Assembly (NCBI GenBank): GCA_041659525.1 | Contig: JBAZYC010000001.1 | Span: 725,554 to 789,553 of the forward strand | Length of the DNA stretch: 64,000 bases | DNA from: an archaeon | GTDB taxonomy: Archaea > Iainarchaeota > Iainarchaeia > Iainarchaeales > JAAZKV01 | Direction of reading: 5' to 3' | In this document: piece after piece, positions 1 through 7,945 of the stretch | Layout of the letters: the number at the start of each line of letters is the position of its first letter | How positions within the stretch are numbered: position 1 is the stretch's first letter | Program-made: the position numbers and the translations under genes | The notes under the pieces: generated by a model | The model's input: the letters and a program-made list of their open reading frames with translations, nothing else | Told to the model about the DNA's origin: nothing | The model's database searches: none

Positions 1-1
1 T

Positions 2-385
2 AAAGAATTTGGGGCTGAGGCTAAGCGAAGAATTATTCTTGGGACTTTTGCAAGAATGTCTGGTTATCGTGATGCTTATTATTTGAAATCAATGAGAGTG
101 AGAGCAAAATTAATTAATGAATTTAACGAGGCTTTCAAAAAATATGATTTATTAATTTGCCCAACTATGCCTACTGTTGCTCCGCGTTTTGATGAAATAG
201 AAAAATTAACTCCTCTACAAAACTTTGCAATGGATCTTTGCACTGTCCCAGCTAACTTAGCAGGACTTCCTCACATTTCTTGCAATGCTGGTTTTAGTAA
301 TAATCTTCCAGTTGGGATAATGGCTATTGCCCCTCACTTACAAGAAAAAAGACTTTACTCATTCGCTAGTGTGGTGGAAGCATGA
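2..385 (+). CDS. gatA: Asp-tRNA(Asn)/Glu-tRNA(Gln) amidotransferase subunit A, 3' part (5'-truncated by window)
   Basis: Frame is open from position 2: KEFGAEAKRRIILGTFARMSGYRDAYYLK...PTMPTVAP...DLCTVPANLAGLPHIS...LPVG, the typical GatA amidase C-terminus; gatB follows. Confidence 0.95.
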   Translation, partial: KEFGAEAKRRIILGTFARMSGYRDAYYLKSMRVRAKLINEFNEAFKKYDLLICPTMPTVAPRFDEIEKLTPLQNFAMDLCTVPANLAGLPHISCNAGFSNNLPVGIMAIAPHLQEKRLYSFASVVEA

Positions 386-873
386 GTAAGAAAAATTTAG
401 CTATCAAAATTAATTACAGAAGAGCAGTTATTAGTGATATTAATAATATTTTAGAATTAAACAAATCTCTTGTAGCGAGTCAAAAAAAATATACTTGGTA
501 TTATCAATTAAGAAAAGATTATTCAACTAACATGAAAAAATTTATTCGAAAAAGTATTGTTTCTAAAAATTCTTTTGTAGGAATTGCTTTGGATAATGAA
601 AAAATAATTGGTTATTGCAATGCTGAAGTAAAAAAAGCTAATTCTATTACTAAGTGGGGAAAAGAACTAAATTTAATAGATCTTTTTGTTTCTAAATATT
701 ATCGCAATAAAGGAATTGGTTCAAAATTATTTTCTTTTGTTGAAGAATTTGGGAAAAAAAAGAAAGCAACTTTAATGAATTTACAGGTTGTAGAAGGAAA
801 TAATTTTGCTGAAAAATTATATATTCAAAAAGGAATGGTTCTTTTTAAAAAAAATTATTTGAAGATGATTTAA
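382..873 (+). CDS. GNAT family N-acetyltransferase
   Basis: LFVSKYYRNKGIGSKL acetyl-CoA motif A, N-x-x-A-x-x-L-Y-x-x-x-G motif B. Confidence 0.9.
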   Translation: MSKKNLAIKINYRRAVISDINNILELNKSLVASQKKYTWYYQLRKDYSTNMKKFIRKSIVSKNSFVGIALDNEKIIGYCNAEVKKANSITKWGKELNLIDLFVSKYYRNKGIGSKLFSFVEEFGKKKKATLMNLQVVEGNNFAEKLYIQKGMVLFKKNYLKMI

Positions 874-874
874 T

Positions 875-952
875 ATGGAAGAAACAAAAGTAATGATTGG
901 GCTTGAGATTCACGCTTACTTAGGAACTGAAAGTAAATTATTTATATTTTAA
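875..952 (+). pseudogene. gatB: Stranded 5' stub of gatB (MEETKVMIGLEIHAYLGTESKLF-IF*)
   Basis: Manual translation; 14/17 residues are identical to the N-terminus of the intact gatB at 2371 (MIGLEVHAYLDTKSKLF); similarity ends abruptly at 943. Confidence 0.9.
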
Positions 953-994
953 TTTTACTTTTTGTTTAATCTAATTTCTATTTAATTATCAGTT

Positions 995-1350
995 GTCACC
1001 TCCGCTTTGTGGAATTTTTTCGTTGGACTCTGCTTTTCTCGACTTAAACCTTTCCCCTTTGGGTCGCTGTTGCTAAAGGTTTAATGTCTCCAAAAGCAGC
1101 GGGGCCGTCCATGAAAAAATTCGTTTTTTGCGGAGGTGGCTCAAATGATTTTTTTAAATAATTTAAGTAAACCCTCAAAAGAGGAAATATTGTCAGTAAA
1201 AAGAATTGCAAGATGCAATCCTGATGATTTGGATTCAAGAGAACTTTGGGTTCTTGAACAATCTTTAGAAGGTGATGAAGATGATTGATTCATCGCCGGC
1301 AAGAAGGTTGGTTAGGTGTTTAAAAACGCCTAATTTGCAGTCTTTTACAG
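995..1350 (+). promoter_or_regulatory. Structured RNA leader: 146-nt rod hairpin (995-1140) plus a multibranched domain (~1196-1348) sequestering two SD sites
   Basis: Nested complementary segments gtcacctccgc/gcggaggtggc, gaattttttcg/tgaaaaaattc, tggac/gtcca, ctgctttt/aaaagcag, ttaaaccttt/aaaggtttaa; hairpins ggtgatgaa/ttcatcgcc and ttaggtgttt/aaacgcctaa; the G-U wobbles work on the + strand. Confidence 0.7.
1145..1288 (+). CDS. Putative 47-aa leader/uORF (MIFLNNLSKPSKEEILSVKRIARCNPDDLDSRELWVLEQSLEGDEDD)
   Basis: Strong SD GGAGGTG at 1132-1138, ATG at 1145; the stop overlaps the LAGLIDADG ATG (1281) by 8 nt. Confidence 0.5.
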   Translation: MIFLNNLSKPSKEEILSVKRIARCNPDDLDSRELWVLEQSLEGDEDD

Positions 1351-2405
1351 ATACTATGCAATTCAGTAATTATTTGTTGAACATAGCTTTGCCTGATGAA
1401 AATCTTGAAAAAGTTTTTGCCACAGAGTTCCCTATTTATATAACAGGGGTGAATAAAATTCTTTCATCACTTGTTAATGAAATTAAAGAAAATACTACTC
1501 AAAATTCATTACAATTAATTGCTTCTGAATTAAAAAATGATTCTACTTCTGTGCGATGTTGGTTAACTGGGTATAATCCTACACCAATACTTAAAGCGTA
1601 CAAGATTCTTAAAATTTGGAAATCTGTTTGTGGAAAAACAGAGGTTGAGTTTGAAACAAAATGGGATTTTTTATTTCAAAATGTTAGTGGATATAATTCT
1701 AGACGTATGCCTAAAGTAAAATTAACTAAAAGTCTTTCAAATGATTTAGCTTATGTAATAGGATTTTTTCTTGCTGATGGGCACATAAAAAATGTTGATA
1801 AGTTAGTACAAAGAGGAAAATATCCTGAATACACAATTGCATTTTATGACAAATCAGCAGACTTTTTGAAAAAAATTGAGGCAATTTTTGTAAAAGAATT
1901 TTCAGCTAAATGCAACCTACATTATGCAGAAGATAAAAAAGGTAGTTGGTATTGTCTAAGGTGTACTTCAAAACCAATTCATAGATTTTTTATTGAAGTG
2001 TTGGGCTTGCCTTTCGGATATAAACAAGGAAGGGTTTGTGCTCCCGAAATAATAAAACAAGCTTCTGTTGATGCGCAGAAAGAATTTATCTCTGGTTTTT
2101 GCGATGGAGAGGGGTGTGTTGGTATTTCTACTAAAAATCCTTATTTTGAAGTTGCGCAAGTTTCATATACTGCTAATCCCCCTGAAATTTTGGTTTGGGT
2201 TAGTCAAAAATTAAATGAATTTGGGGTAAAAATATCAGTTCCTCAAAAAGGAGTTACTGTTTGGAGAATAAGAACCGCTTCCCAGAAAGTTATTAATAAC
2301 TATTATACAATAATTTCTTCAAGACATGTTGACAAAATACCAAAATTTGAAGAAGTAAAAAGGTTTTCTTATGGTTCAAGAAGTAGAGATGATGATAGGA
2401 CTTGA
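1281..2405 (+). CDS. LAGLIDADG (DOD-type) homing endonuclease with N-terminal HTH-like region
   Basis: Two motifs: LAYVIGFFLADGHI and KEFISGFCDGEGCV; N-terminal LQLIASELKNDSTSVRCWLTG resembles an HTH; no intein splicing motifs. Start is uncertain (1281 with SD GGTGA, or 1356). Confidence 0.88.
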   Translation: MIDSSPARRLVRCLKTPNLQSFTDTMQFSNYLLNIALPDENLEKVFATEFPIYITGVNKILSSLVNEIKENTTQNSLQLIASELKNDSTSVRCWLTGYNPTPILKAYKILKIWKSVCGKTEVEFETKWDFLFQNVSGYNSRRMPKVKLTKSLSNDLAYVIGFFLADGHIKNVDKLVQRGKYPEYTIAFYDKSADFLKKIEAIFVKEFSAKCNLHYAEDKKGSWYCLRCTSKPIHRFFIEVLGLPFGYKQGRVCAPEIIKQASVDAQKEFISGFCDGEGCVGISTKNPYFEVAQVSYTANPPEILVWVSQKLNEFGVKISVPQKGVTVWRIRTASQKVINNYYTIISSRHVDKIPKFEEVKRFSYGSRSRDDDRT

Positions 2406-3777
2406 AGTCCACGCATATTTGGATACAAAATCAAAACTTTTTTGTAGTTGTTCAACAGCATCAGCAGATGCTCCAAATTCTCAAACTTGTCCTCTGTGTA
2501 ATGGTCATCCCGGCGCAAAACCCGTTTTAAATGAAAAAGCAGTTGAGCTTGGAGTTAAAGTTGGTTTAGCTCTTGGTTGTACAATTAATGAAGATTTTTT
2601 CTTTTCAAGAAAAACTTATTTTTATCCTGATATGAGTATGAATTACCAAATTACTCAATACGAGGTTCCGGTTGCCCAAAATGGATTAGTTGTTCTTCCG
2701 AGTGGAAAAAAAGTTAGAATTAGAAGAGCGCATATTGAGTGGGATCCTGCTGCTTTAGTTCACCCTAATGGAATGGGTAAGAGTAATTACGTTTTAATTG
2801 ATTATAATCGCTCAGGATTACCTTTAATTGAAATTGTAACTGAACCAGATATTGATTCTCCAATTGAAGCAAGAGAATTCATGAACACCTTAGAAAATAT
2901 TTTAGGTTATTTGGGTGTGTTAAAACCTGATACTACGATGAAAGCGGATTGTAATATTTCTCTTAATGGAGGAAACCGAACTGAAATAAAAAATGTTTCA
3001 GGTTTTGCTGCTGCAGAAAAAGCACTTACTTATGAAATTTCTAGACAAAAACAGGAACTAAAAAATGGAAAAGTAATTGAGCAACACACAAGAGCATTTA
3101 ACGCTGATACTGGGATGACTACCGAATTAAGAAAAAAAGAAACTGAGGATGATTATGGTTATATTTTTGATCCAGATTTAGTAAAAGTTTCTCTTGGAAA
3201 AGATTATTTAATAAAAATAAAATCCGAAATGCCTGAATTACCTGAAGAGAAAGCGCAGAGATTGATGAAGCAATTTAATTTTTCAGAGTACGAAGCAAGA
3301 GTAATTTGTGGGAATTTTAATTTAGGAAAATTGTTTGATGAATTAGTATTGCAAAAAGCAAATCCCAATATTTCAGCTAAATTACTTACAAGAGAACTAC
3401 TTGCAGTAATGAATCATGATGCCCTTTCTTGGAGTGAGGTTTTAGTTAAACCAAGCGAGTTAGTTGAACTTGTAAAATTAATTGAGAGTGGAAAAGTAAC
3501 TGACAAGAACACAAAGCAGTCAATGATTAACTATATTTCAGGAGACAAATCTTCTCCTAAAGCTTTTTTAGAAAAAAACAATTTACTTATTTCGGAGAGT
3601 ATTGATATTGATTCAGTTATAACAAAAATCCTAGTTGCTAATGAAAAAGCGGTTGTTGATTATAAAGCGGGTAACGAGAAATCTCTTAATTTCCTTGCCG
3701 GTTTAGTTATGAGGGAAACTAAGGGAACAGTTAATCCTAGTAAAGTTCAAGAACTTTTAAAACAAAAACTTGCTTAA
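2371..3777 (+). CDS. gatB: Asp-tRNA(Asn)/Glu-tRNA(Gln) amidotransferase subunit B
   Basis: IGLEVH, SKLFCSC, RKTYFYPD, YQITQY, DYNRSGLPLIEIVTEPD, YqeY-like C-terminus. Confidence 0.97.
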   Translation: MVQEVEMMIGLEVHAYLDTKSKLFCSCSTASADAPNSQTCPLCNGHPGAKPVLNEKAVELGVKVGLALGCTINEDFFFSRKTYFYPDMSMNYQITQYEVPVAQNGLVVLPSGKKVRIRRAHIEWDPAALVHPNGMGKSNYVLIDYNRSGLPLIEIVTEPDIDSPIEAREFMNTLENILGYLGVLKPDTTMKADCNISLNGGNRTEIKNVSGFAAAEKALTYEISRQKQELKNGKVIEQHTRAFNADTGMTTELRKKETEDDYGYIFDPDLVKVSLGKDYLIKIKSEMPELPEEKAQRLMKQFNFSEYEARVICGNFNLGKLFDELVLQKANPNISAKLLTRELLAVMNHDALSWSEVLVKPSELVELVKLIESGKVTDKNTKQSMINYISGDKSSPKAFLEKNNLLISESIDIDSVITKILVANEKAVVDYKAGNEKSLNFLAGLVMRETKGTVNPSKVQELLKQKLA

Positions 3778-3891
3778 CCAAGTTCTAAAAGTCATATTAT
3801 TGACTTCTAAGTTGAATTAGTAAAAACCTACTGAAGAATAGTATTAATTAACCCTTTTGTCATTAGTAATAATAGTATTAGAGGTGTTTTG

Positions 3892-4197
3892 ATGTCGGCT
3901 CCGTGGGATTTTTTAAGAGACCCAGTAACTTGGGTAGGGATTATTGAACCAATAACTTTGTGGGTTCTGCTTTTAGTTTCAATTGCACTTTTTGGATTAG
4001 CTCTATTAGCTTTGAAGAAAAAGAGTTCTTCAAAACTAAAATATGTTGCTGGCGCCTTTGGATTATTTTTCCTGAAATCACTTTTAATGGTAATGGATAT
4101 TTATTTCTCGCCAGGAGAATTTATGAATAAAGCAATTTTAGGTTTCTTTGATTTATTAATCATGATTGGATTTTTCGTTGCTTTGTTTAGGAAGTAA
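3892..4197 (+). CDS. Small three-TM membrane protein
   Basis: SD GAGGTG, three hydrophobic helices; lies directly upstream of a wHTH regulator. Confidence 0.75.
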   Translation: MSAPWDFLRDPVTWVGIIEPITLWVLLLVSIALFGLALLALKKKSSSKLKYVAGAFGLFFLKSLLMVMDIYFSPGEFMNKAILGFFDLLIMIGFFVALFRK

Positions 4198-4230
4198 ATT
4201 AAGAATGGAAATTATTGAGGGTTGGTTTGT

Positions 4231-4779
4231 ATGGGTAAAGTGGGGCTAGACAAACTCAATGAAGCGATGGCGCTTACTCCTAGGGATAAGATTTATTCTA
4301 CTATTGTTCAAAATCCTGGGCTTCACTTTAGAGAGATTCAAAGAAGAACAAATATTGCAACAGGCGCTCTTCAATATCACGTGGACTATTTGAAAAAGAA
4401 AAATTTTGTTAGAGAGGAGAAACAAGGAAAGTTTTCTCATTTTTATGCATTGCAAAATGAATCAGTGGATTCTTCTTTAATGAATTTAATGAGACAGGAA
4501 TCAGTTAGAAAAATTGTTATTTTTTTAATGAATAAAAGAAGAGCTACTCTTCCAACTATTTCAAAGAACATCGATCTTAGTCTTTCTACTACTAGTTTTC
4601 ATATGCAAAAACTTTTACAATCAAAGGTAGTAATGCAAAAAACTATTATTGGAAAAACTTATTTTTACCTTGCTGATAAAGAAAGGGTTTTGATTTTACT
4701 TGTCCAGTATAGAAAGAGTTTTTTGGATTCTCTTGTAGATAATTTTATTGATACTTGGGAGAAAGAGTTTAAACCATAA
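4231..4779 (+). CDS. Double winged-helix (ArsR/MarR-like) transcriptional regulator
   Basis: NPGLHFREIQRRTNIATGALQYHV and a second HTH TLPTISKNIDLSLSTTSFHMQKL. Confidence 0.85.
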   Translation: MGKVGLDKLNEAMALTPRDKIYSTIVQNPGLHFREIQRRTNIATGALQYHVDYLKKKNFVREEKQGKFSHFYALQNESVDSSLMNLMRQESVRKIVIFLMNKRRATLPTISKNIDLSLSTTSFHMQKLLQSKVVMQKTIIGKTYFYLADKERVLILLVQYRKSFLDSLVDNFIDTWEKEFKP

Positions 4780-4816
4780 CTCAAATTCTTGGACACGTTG
4801 TAGGGTATGATTTTGT

Positions 4817-5320
4817 ATGAAAGTAGTTTTTATTGTTCCAAAAAATAATTTTCGTGATCAGGAGCTCTTTATTCCTAAAGTTTTGATTGCAAATAAAGGA
4901 ATTGAATGTGTAATCGCTTCAAAGTATGTTTCTTCTCTAAAAGGAATGACTGGTACTATTGTAGAATCTACTCTTGCTTTATCAAAAGTGGATAATAGTT
5001 TTGATGCTATTATCTTTATTGGCGGAGAGGGTGCTAGAGAATATTTTGAAGACGCGGAAGCTCTCGCTTTAGCAAAAAAATATTTTGAAATGAATAGAGT
5101 GGTTGCAGCTATTTGTATTGCGCCTAGCATTTTAGCTAACGCTGGAATTTTGAACGGGAAAAAAGCGGTTTGCTTTGCTTCTGAAATGAGTAACTTAACT
5201 TCAAAAGGGGCAATTTGTCCTGGTGGCCCAATAATGGTTGATGGTAAAATAATTACTGCTGCTGGTCCTCTTGTAGCAAAACAATTTGGGGAAGAAATAG
5301 TTAAAGCACTAAAAAAGTGA
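4817..5320 (+). CDS. DJ-1/PfpI family protein
   Basis: F-x-D-x-E, DAIIFIGG, AAICIAP nucleophile elbow, VDGKIITAAGP. Confidence 0.92.
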   Translation: MKVVFIVPKNNFRDQELFIPKVLIANKGIECVIASKYVSSLKGMTGTIVESTLALSKVDNSFDAIIFIGGEGAREYFEDAEALALAKKYFEMNRVVAAICIAPSILANAGILNGKKAVCFASEMSNLTSKGAICPGGPIMVDGKIITAAGPLVAKQFGEEIVKALKK

Positions 5321-5382
5321 TTTTTTACCAATGTTTAGTTAGATGCTTAAGGATATAAATAACAAAAGCTAAGTGTATAACT

Positions 5383-5946
5383 ATGCAACAAATAATTTAC
5401 TTGTTTCGCCATGGCCACATTCAATCAAAGAAAAATATTCTTTGCGGTTGGATTAATCTTCCCTTAGATTCGCTTGGCGTGGAACAAGCAAAAGTACTTG
5501 CTAAAAAGTTAAAGGATGAAAAAATTGATGTTGCTTTTTGTTCTGATCAAATTAGAAGTAAACAATGTTTAGTTGAAGTTTTGAAATATCATCCAAAAGC
5601 AGAAGTAATTATTGATCCTAGGTTAAGAGAGAGGCACTTTGGGGCGCTTTCTGGCGAACTTGAAAGTGTTTTTGCTGATACTTCGGATTTAAAAAAAATA
5701 AATGGTTCTTACGTTGAGGGAGTTCCAGGAATTGAGAGTTTGGACACTGTTCGTAAAAGAGTTTTTCCATTTATGTCTCAATTAATAAAATTTGTACAAA
5801 ACGAGAAAGTAAATGTTGCAATCAGTGCACACAATGATTCGCTTGAATTAATCCAAGAATACTTAGAAGGACTAACTCCTGATCAAGCAAAAAAATTAGA
5901 ACACTTTCCAACGAATTACAAAAAATATGTAATTACTTTTAACTAG
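5383..5946 (+). CDS. Histidine phosphatase family protein (dPGM-like)
   Basis: LFRHG, GWINLPL, SDQIRS, LRERHFG, ISAH. Confidence 0.88.
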   Translation: MQQIIYLFRHGHIQSKKNILCGWINLPLDSLGVEQAKVLAKKLKDEKIDVAFCSDQIRSKQCLVEVLKYHPKAEVIIDPRLRERHFGALSGELESVFADTSDLKKINGSYVEGVPGIESLDTVRKRVFPFMSQLIKFVQNEKVNVAISAHNDSLELIQEYLEGLTPDQAKKLEHFPTNYKKYVITFN

Positions 5947-5948
5947 CT

Positions 5949-6947
5949 CTATTTTAATTTAAATCCAGCTGCAATTAATAACGGGAAAATAATACTTGCT
6001 TCTCCCCAAACTTTTACATTGTTTTCATCAGGAGTGGCCTTTCCCCAGCTCTTAGCTTCGTTTACGTTTGCTCCAGCGTTACTTCCTTCTCCTTCATAAC
6101 CAGTGTTAATGTAAACAGTGTAATCTGCTCCCTCTCTCATCATACAAGAATTCATTATGAAATGCTTTGGTACACTTCCTCCAATTAAAATTGCTCCAAT
6201 TTTGTCTTCGTTTAATACTCTATCAATCATTTCTTCTACATCGCTAACCATATCTACTTCAAAATCAGGGTGCTCTTTTCTAAAAAAGTATAAGTGATCT
6301 CCAATTGCTCCATCATGCAGGGGAATGCAAAATAATTTTATATTATTTTTGTAAGCCCAGTAAACAAAACTCTCTTCTTTTTTTGGAGAAGTTTCTAGAG
6401 CTTTACCTAGTTCTCTAATTATAGTTGCACTTGTAACTCTTTTTTTACTTTTTTTGCTTTCAGTGTAAACACTCTCAAATACTTTTTTAACAAATTTTTC
6501 AAACCAAATATATCTTTCATTTGGGATAAAAATATTTCCAGTTCTATTAACCCCATTTTCTCTTAAGTATCCGCCATCTGCGTTAAAGTCTCCGTGTAAA
6601 AAGTCTCCATAAGTTTTGATTATGTCTTCTTCAAGTCCGCCAGTAGTAGTAACCATTACGTTAACTAATTTGTTTTTCGCTAAGTATGCAACATTGTCGC
6701 GTAATCCGCAAGTACCAATATTTGAAGTGAATCCTAAATAAATTGAGGAGTTGGTTTCCTGCATTTTTTTTACTAGTTCAATTGCTTTTCCTAAATTAGT
6801 TGCTTGAAAACCAGTATCTTTGAATGAATCAAAGAATTTTTTTGCATCAAAGGGTTTGTCAAAATCATACCCCTGTATTTTTCCAGACCCAATTTCTTTG
6901 CTCTTTTTTAGAACCGATTTTTTTGGATCAATTTTTGTTTTAACCAT
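5949..6947 (-). CDS. dys: Deoxyhypusine synthase
   Basis: GFQATNLG, TTGGLEED, NRTGNIFIPN, GGSVPKH, EAKSWGK. Confidence 0.95.
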   Translation of the reverse strand: MVKTKIDPKKSVLKKSKEIGSGKIQGYDFDKPFDAKKFFDSFKDTGFQATNLGKAIELVKKMQETNSSIYLGFTSNIGTCGLRDNVAYLAKNKLVNVMVTTTGGLEEDIIKTYGDFLHGDFNADGGYLRENGVNRTGNIFIPNERYIWFEKFVKKVFESVYTESKKSKKRVTSATIIRELGKALETSPKKEESFVYWAYKNNIKLFCIPLHDGAIGDHLYFFRKEHPDFEVDMVSDVEEMIDRVLNEDKIGAILIGGSVPKHFIMNSCMMREGADYTVYINTGYEGEGSNAGANVNEAKSWGKATPDENNVKVWGEASIIFPLLIAAGFKLK

Positions 6948-6982
6948 ACAAAACACTAACTAATGCACTAAATTAATAATAG

Positions 6983-7056
6983 TGGACAGGATGAGATTTG
7001 AACTCATGACCGCACGATTATCAGTCGTGTGCTCCAACCAGCTGAGCTACCCGTCC
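6983..7056 (-). tRNA. tRNA-Ile(GAT)
   Basis: Reverse complement GGACGGG TAGCTCAGCTGGTTGGAGC ACACGA CTGATAA TCGTG CGGTC ATGAG TTCAAAT CTCAT CCTGTCC A folds as a cloverleaf; CCA not encoded. Confidence 0.95.
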
Positions 7057-7154
7057 ATGGACTTAATGGTCCTTAAAAAAATTGTTCAAGAAAAGCTTTA
7101 AATGGCTACTTGTTAACAAATTTATCTGAGGAGAACCTCCTCAAAATCTACAAT

Positions 7155-7227
7155 AGCCCCTTCGTCTAGTGGCCAAGGATGCAGGCCTTTGAAGCCTGAT
7201 ACCCCAGTCCGAATCTGGGAGGGGCTA
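7155..7227 (+). tRNA. tRNA-Gln(TTG)
   Basis: AGCCCCT/AGGGGCT acceptor stem with the archaeal A1-U72 pair, anticodon arm CAGGC CTTTGAA GCCTG, T arm CCCAG TCCGAAT CTGGG. Confidence 0.95.
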
Positions 7228-7311
7228 TTTTTTTCTTGGGATATATACAGCGTCCGCTATTGGACTGGTAAACATAACTATTTTTTAATTAGCTGTTTAA
7301 GTAAATATTAT

Positions 7312-7932
7312 ATGCAAGTTAAATTTTTTGATTTAATAAATGCTAATCCAATATTGGGTTTCTTTATTGTTGCTATCGCGAGCACAACAATTTCAATTAT
7401 CACAACAAGAAATCTAACTTTGAATGATGATTTCTTTGGGCTTATTTTTTATGTTGCGGTAGTTTCTGTTATTGTGACGGTTTCAATACTGGCGTTGATA
7501 TGGATTCTGCTTGGGATTTTCGCTTTGTCGGTTTTTTTATTTCAAAAAATTAGTGCAGGGATTGGTTATTTAACTACTTATGAGGGAATAGTTTCTATGC
7601 CAAACAAAATAACTATTTGGTTACAGAGACACACTCGAGTACGTCTTTGTTTGGAATACGCATTTCGTCTTGTCATAATTCTCATAATTGGATATTTTTT
7701 ATTGTATTTTTTAGCTTGGCTTGTTAGTCAAGGTGTTTCTGAAACTGACCCCATTACTAACAGAAGAGACCTGATTATCTTGCTCTGGGGAATAGCACTT
7801 ACTTTGTTGGTTGAAGCTACAATGAAAGCAACAGATAAATTTAACGGACAAAAAACAACTGGTGAAAGAATCGACCTTATTGACGATAAACTTACGCGGA
7901 TTGAAAAGAAGCTAGATTCCAAAAAACGCTAG
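7312..7932 (+). CDS. Hypothetical multi-pass membrane protein
   Basis: About four hydrophobic helices; start moved to ATG 7312 because the listed start lies inside tRNA-Gln. Confidence 0.65.
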   Translation: MQVKFFDLINANPILGFFIVAIASTTISIITTRNLTLNDDFFGLIFYVAVVSVIVTVSILALIWILLGIFALSVFLFQKISAGIGYLTTYEGIVSMPNKITIWLQRHTRVRLCLEYAFRLVIILIIGYFLLYFLAWLVSQGVSETDPITNRRDLIILLWGIALTLLVEATMKATDKFNGQKTTGERIDLIDDKLTRIEKKLDSKKR

Positions 7933-7945
7933 ACTATAATTTTGA

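Larger units (their letters stand above)
944..2442 (+). mobile_element. Free-standing homing-endonuclease element inserted in the gatB 5' end, carrying a replacement gatB N-terminus
   Basis: Bounded by the duplicated gatB N-terminal coding sequence; contains a structured leader, a uORF and a LAGLIDADG ORF. Confidence 0.75.

Noticed and set aside
1044..1238. 64-aa minus-strand ORF
   Set aside because: Antisense to the structured leader/uORF; no recognisable motifs
995..1350. SRP RNA, RNase P RNA or C/D sRNA
   Set aside because: No SRP helix-8 or RNase P GAGGAAAGUCC-type motifs; two TGATGA words occur (1222, 1273) but without properly placed CTGA boxes
944..2442. Group I/II intron or intein in gatB
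   Set aside because: No P/Q/R/S core, domain V or intein Cys/His-Asn termini seen; the nuclease is out of frame with gatB; the duplicated N-terminus makes splicing unnecessary
7189..7311. N-terminal 41 codons of the 247-aa ORF
   Set aside because: Overlaps tRNA-Gln and its T-rich terminator; ATG 7312 is more plausible
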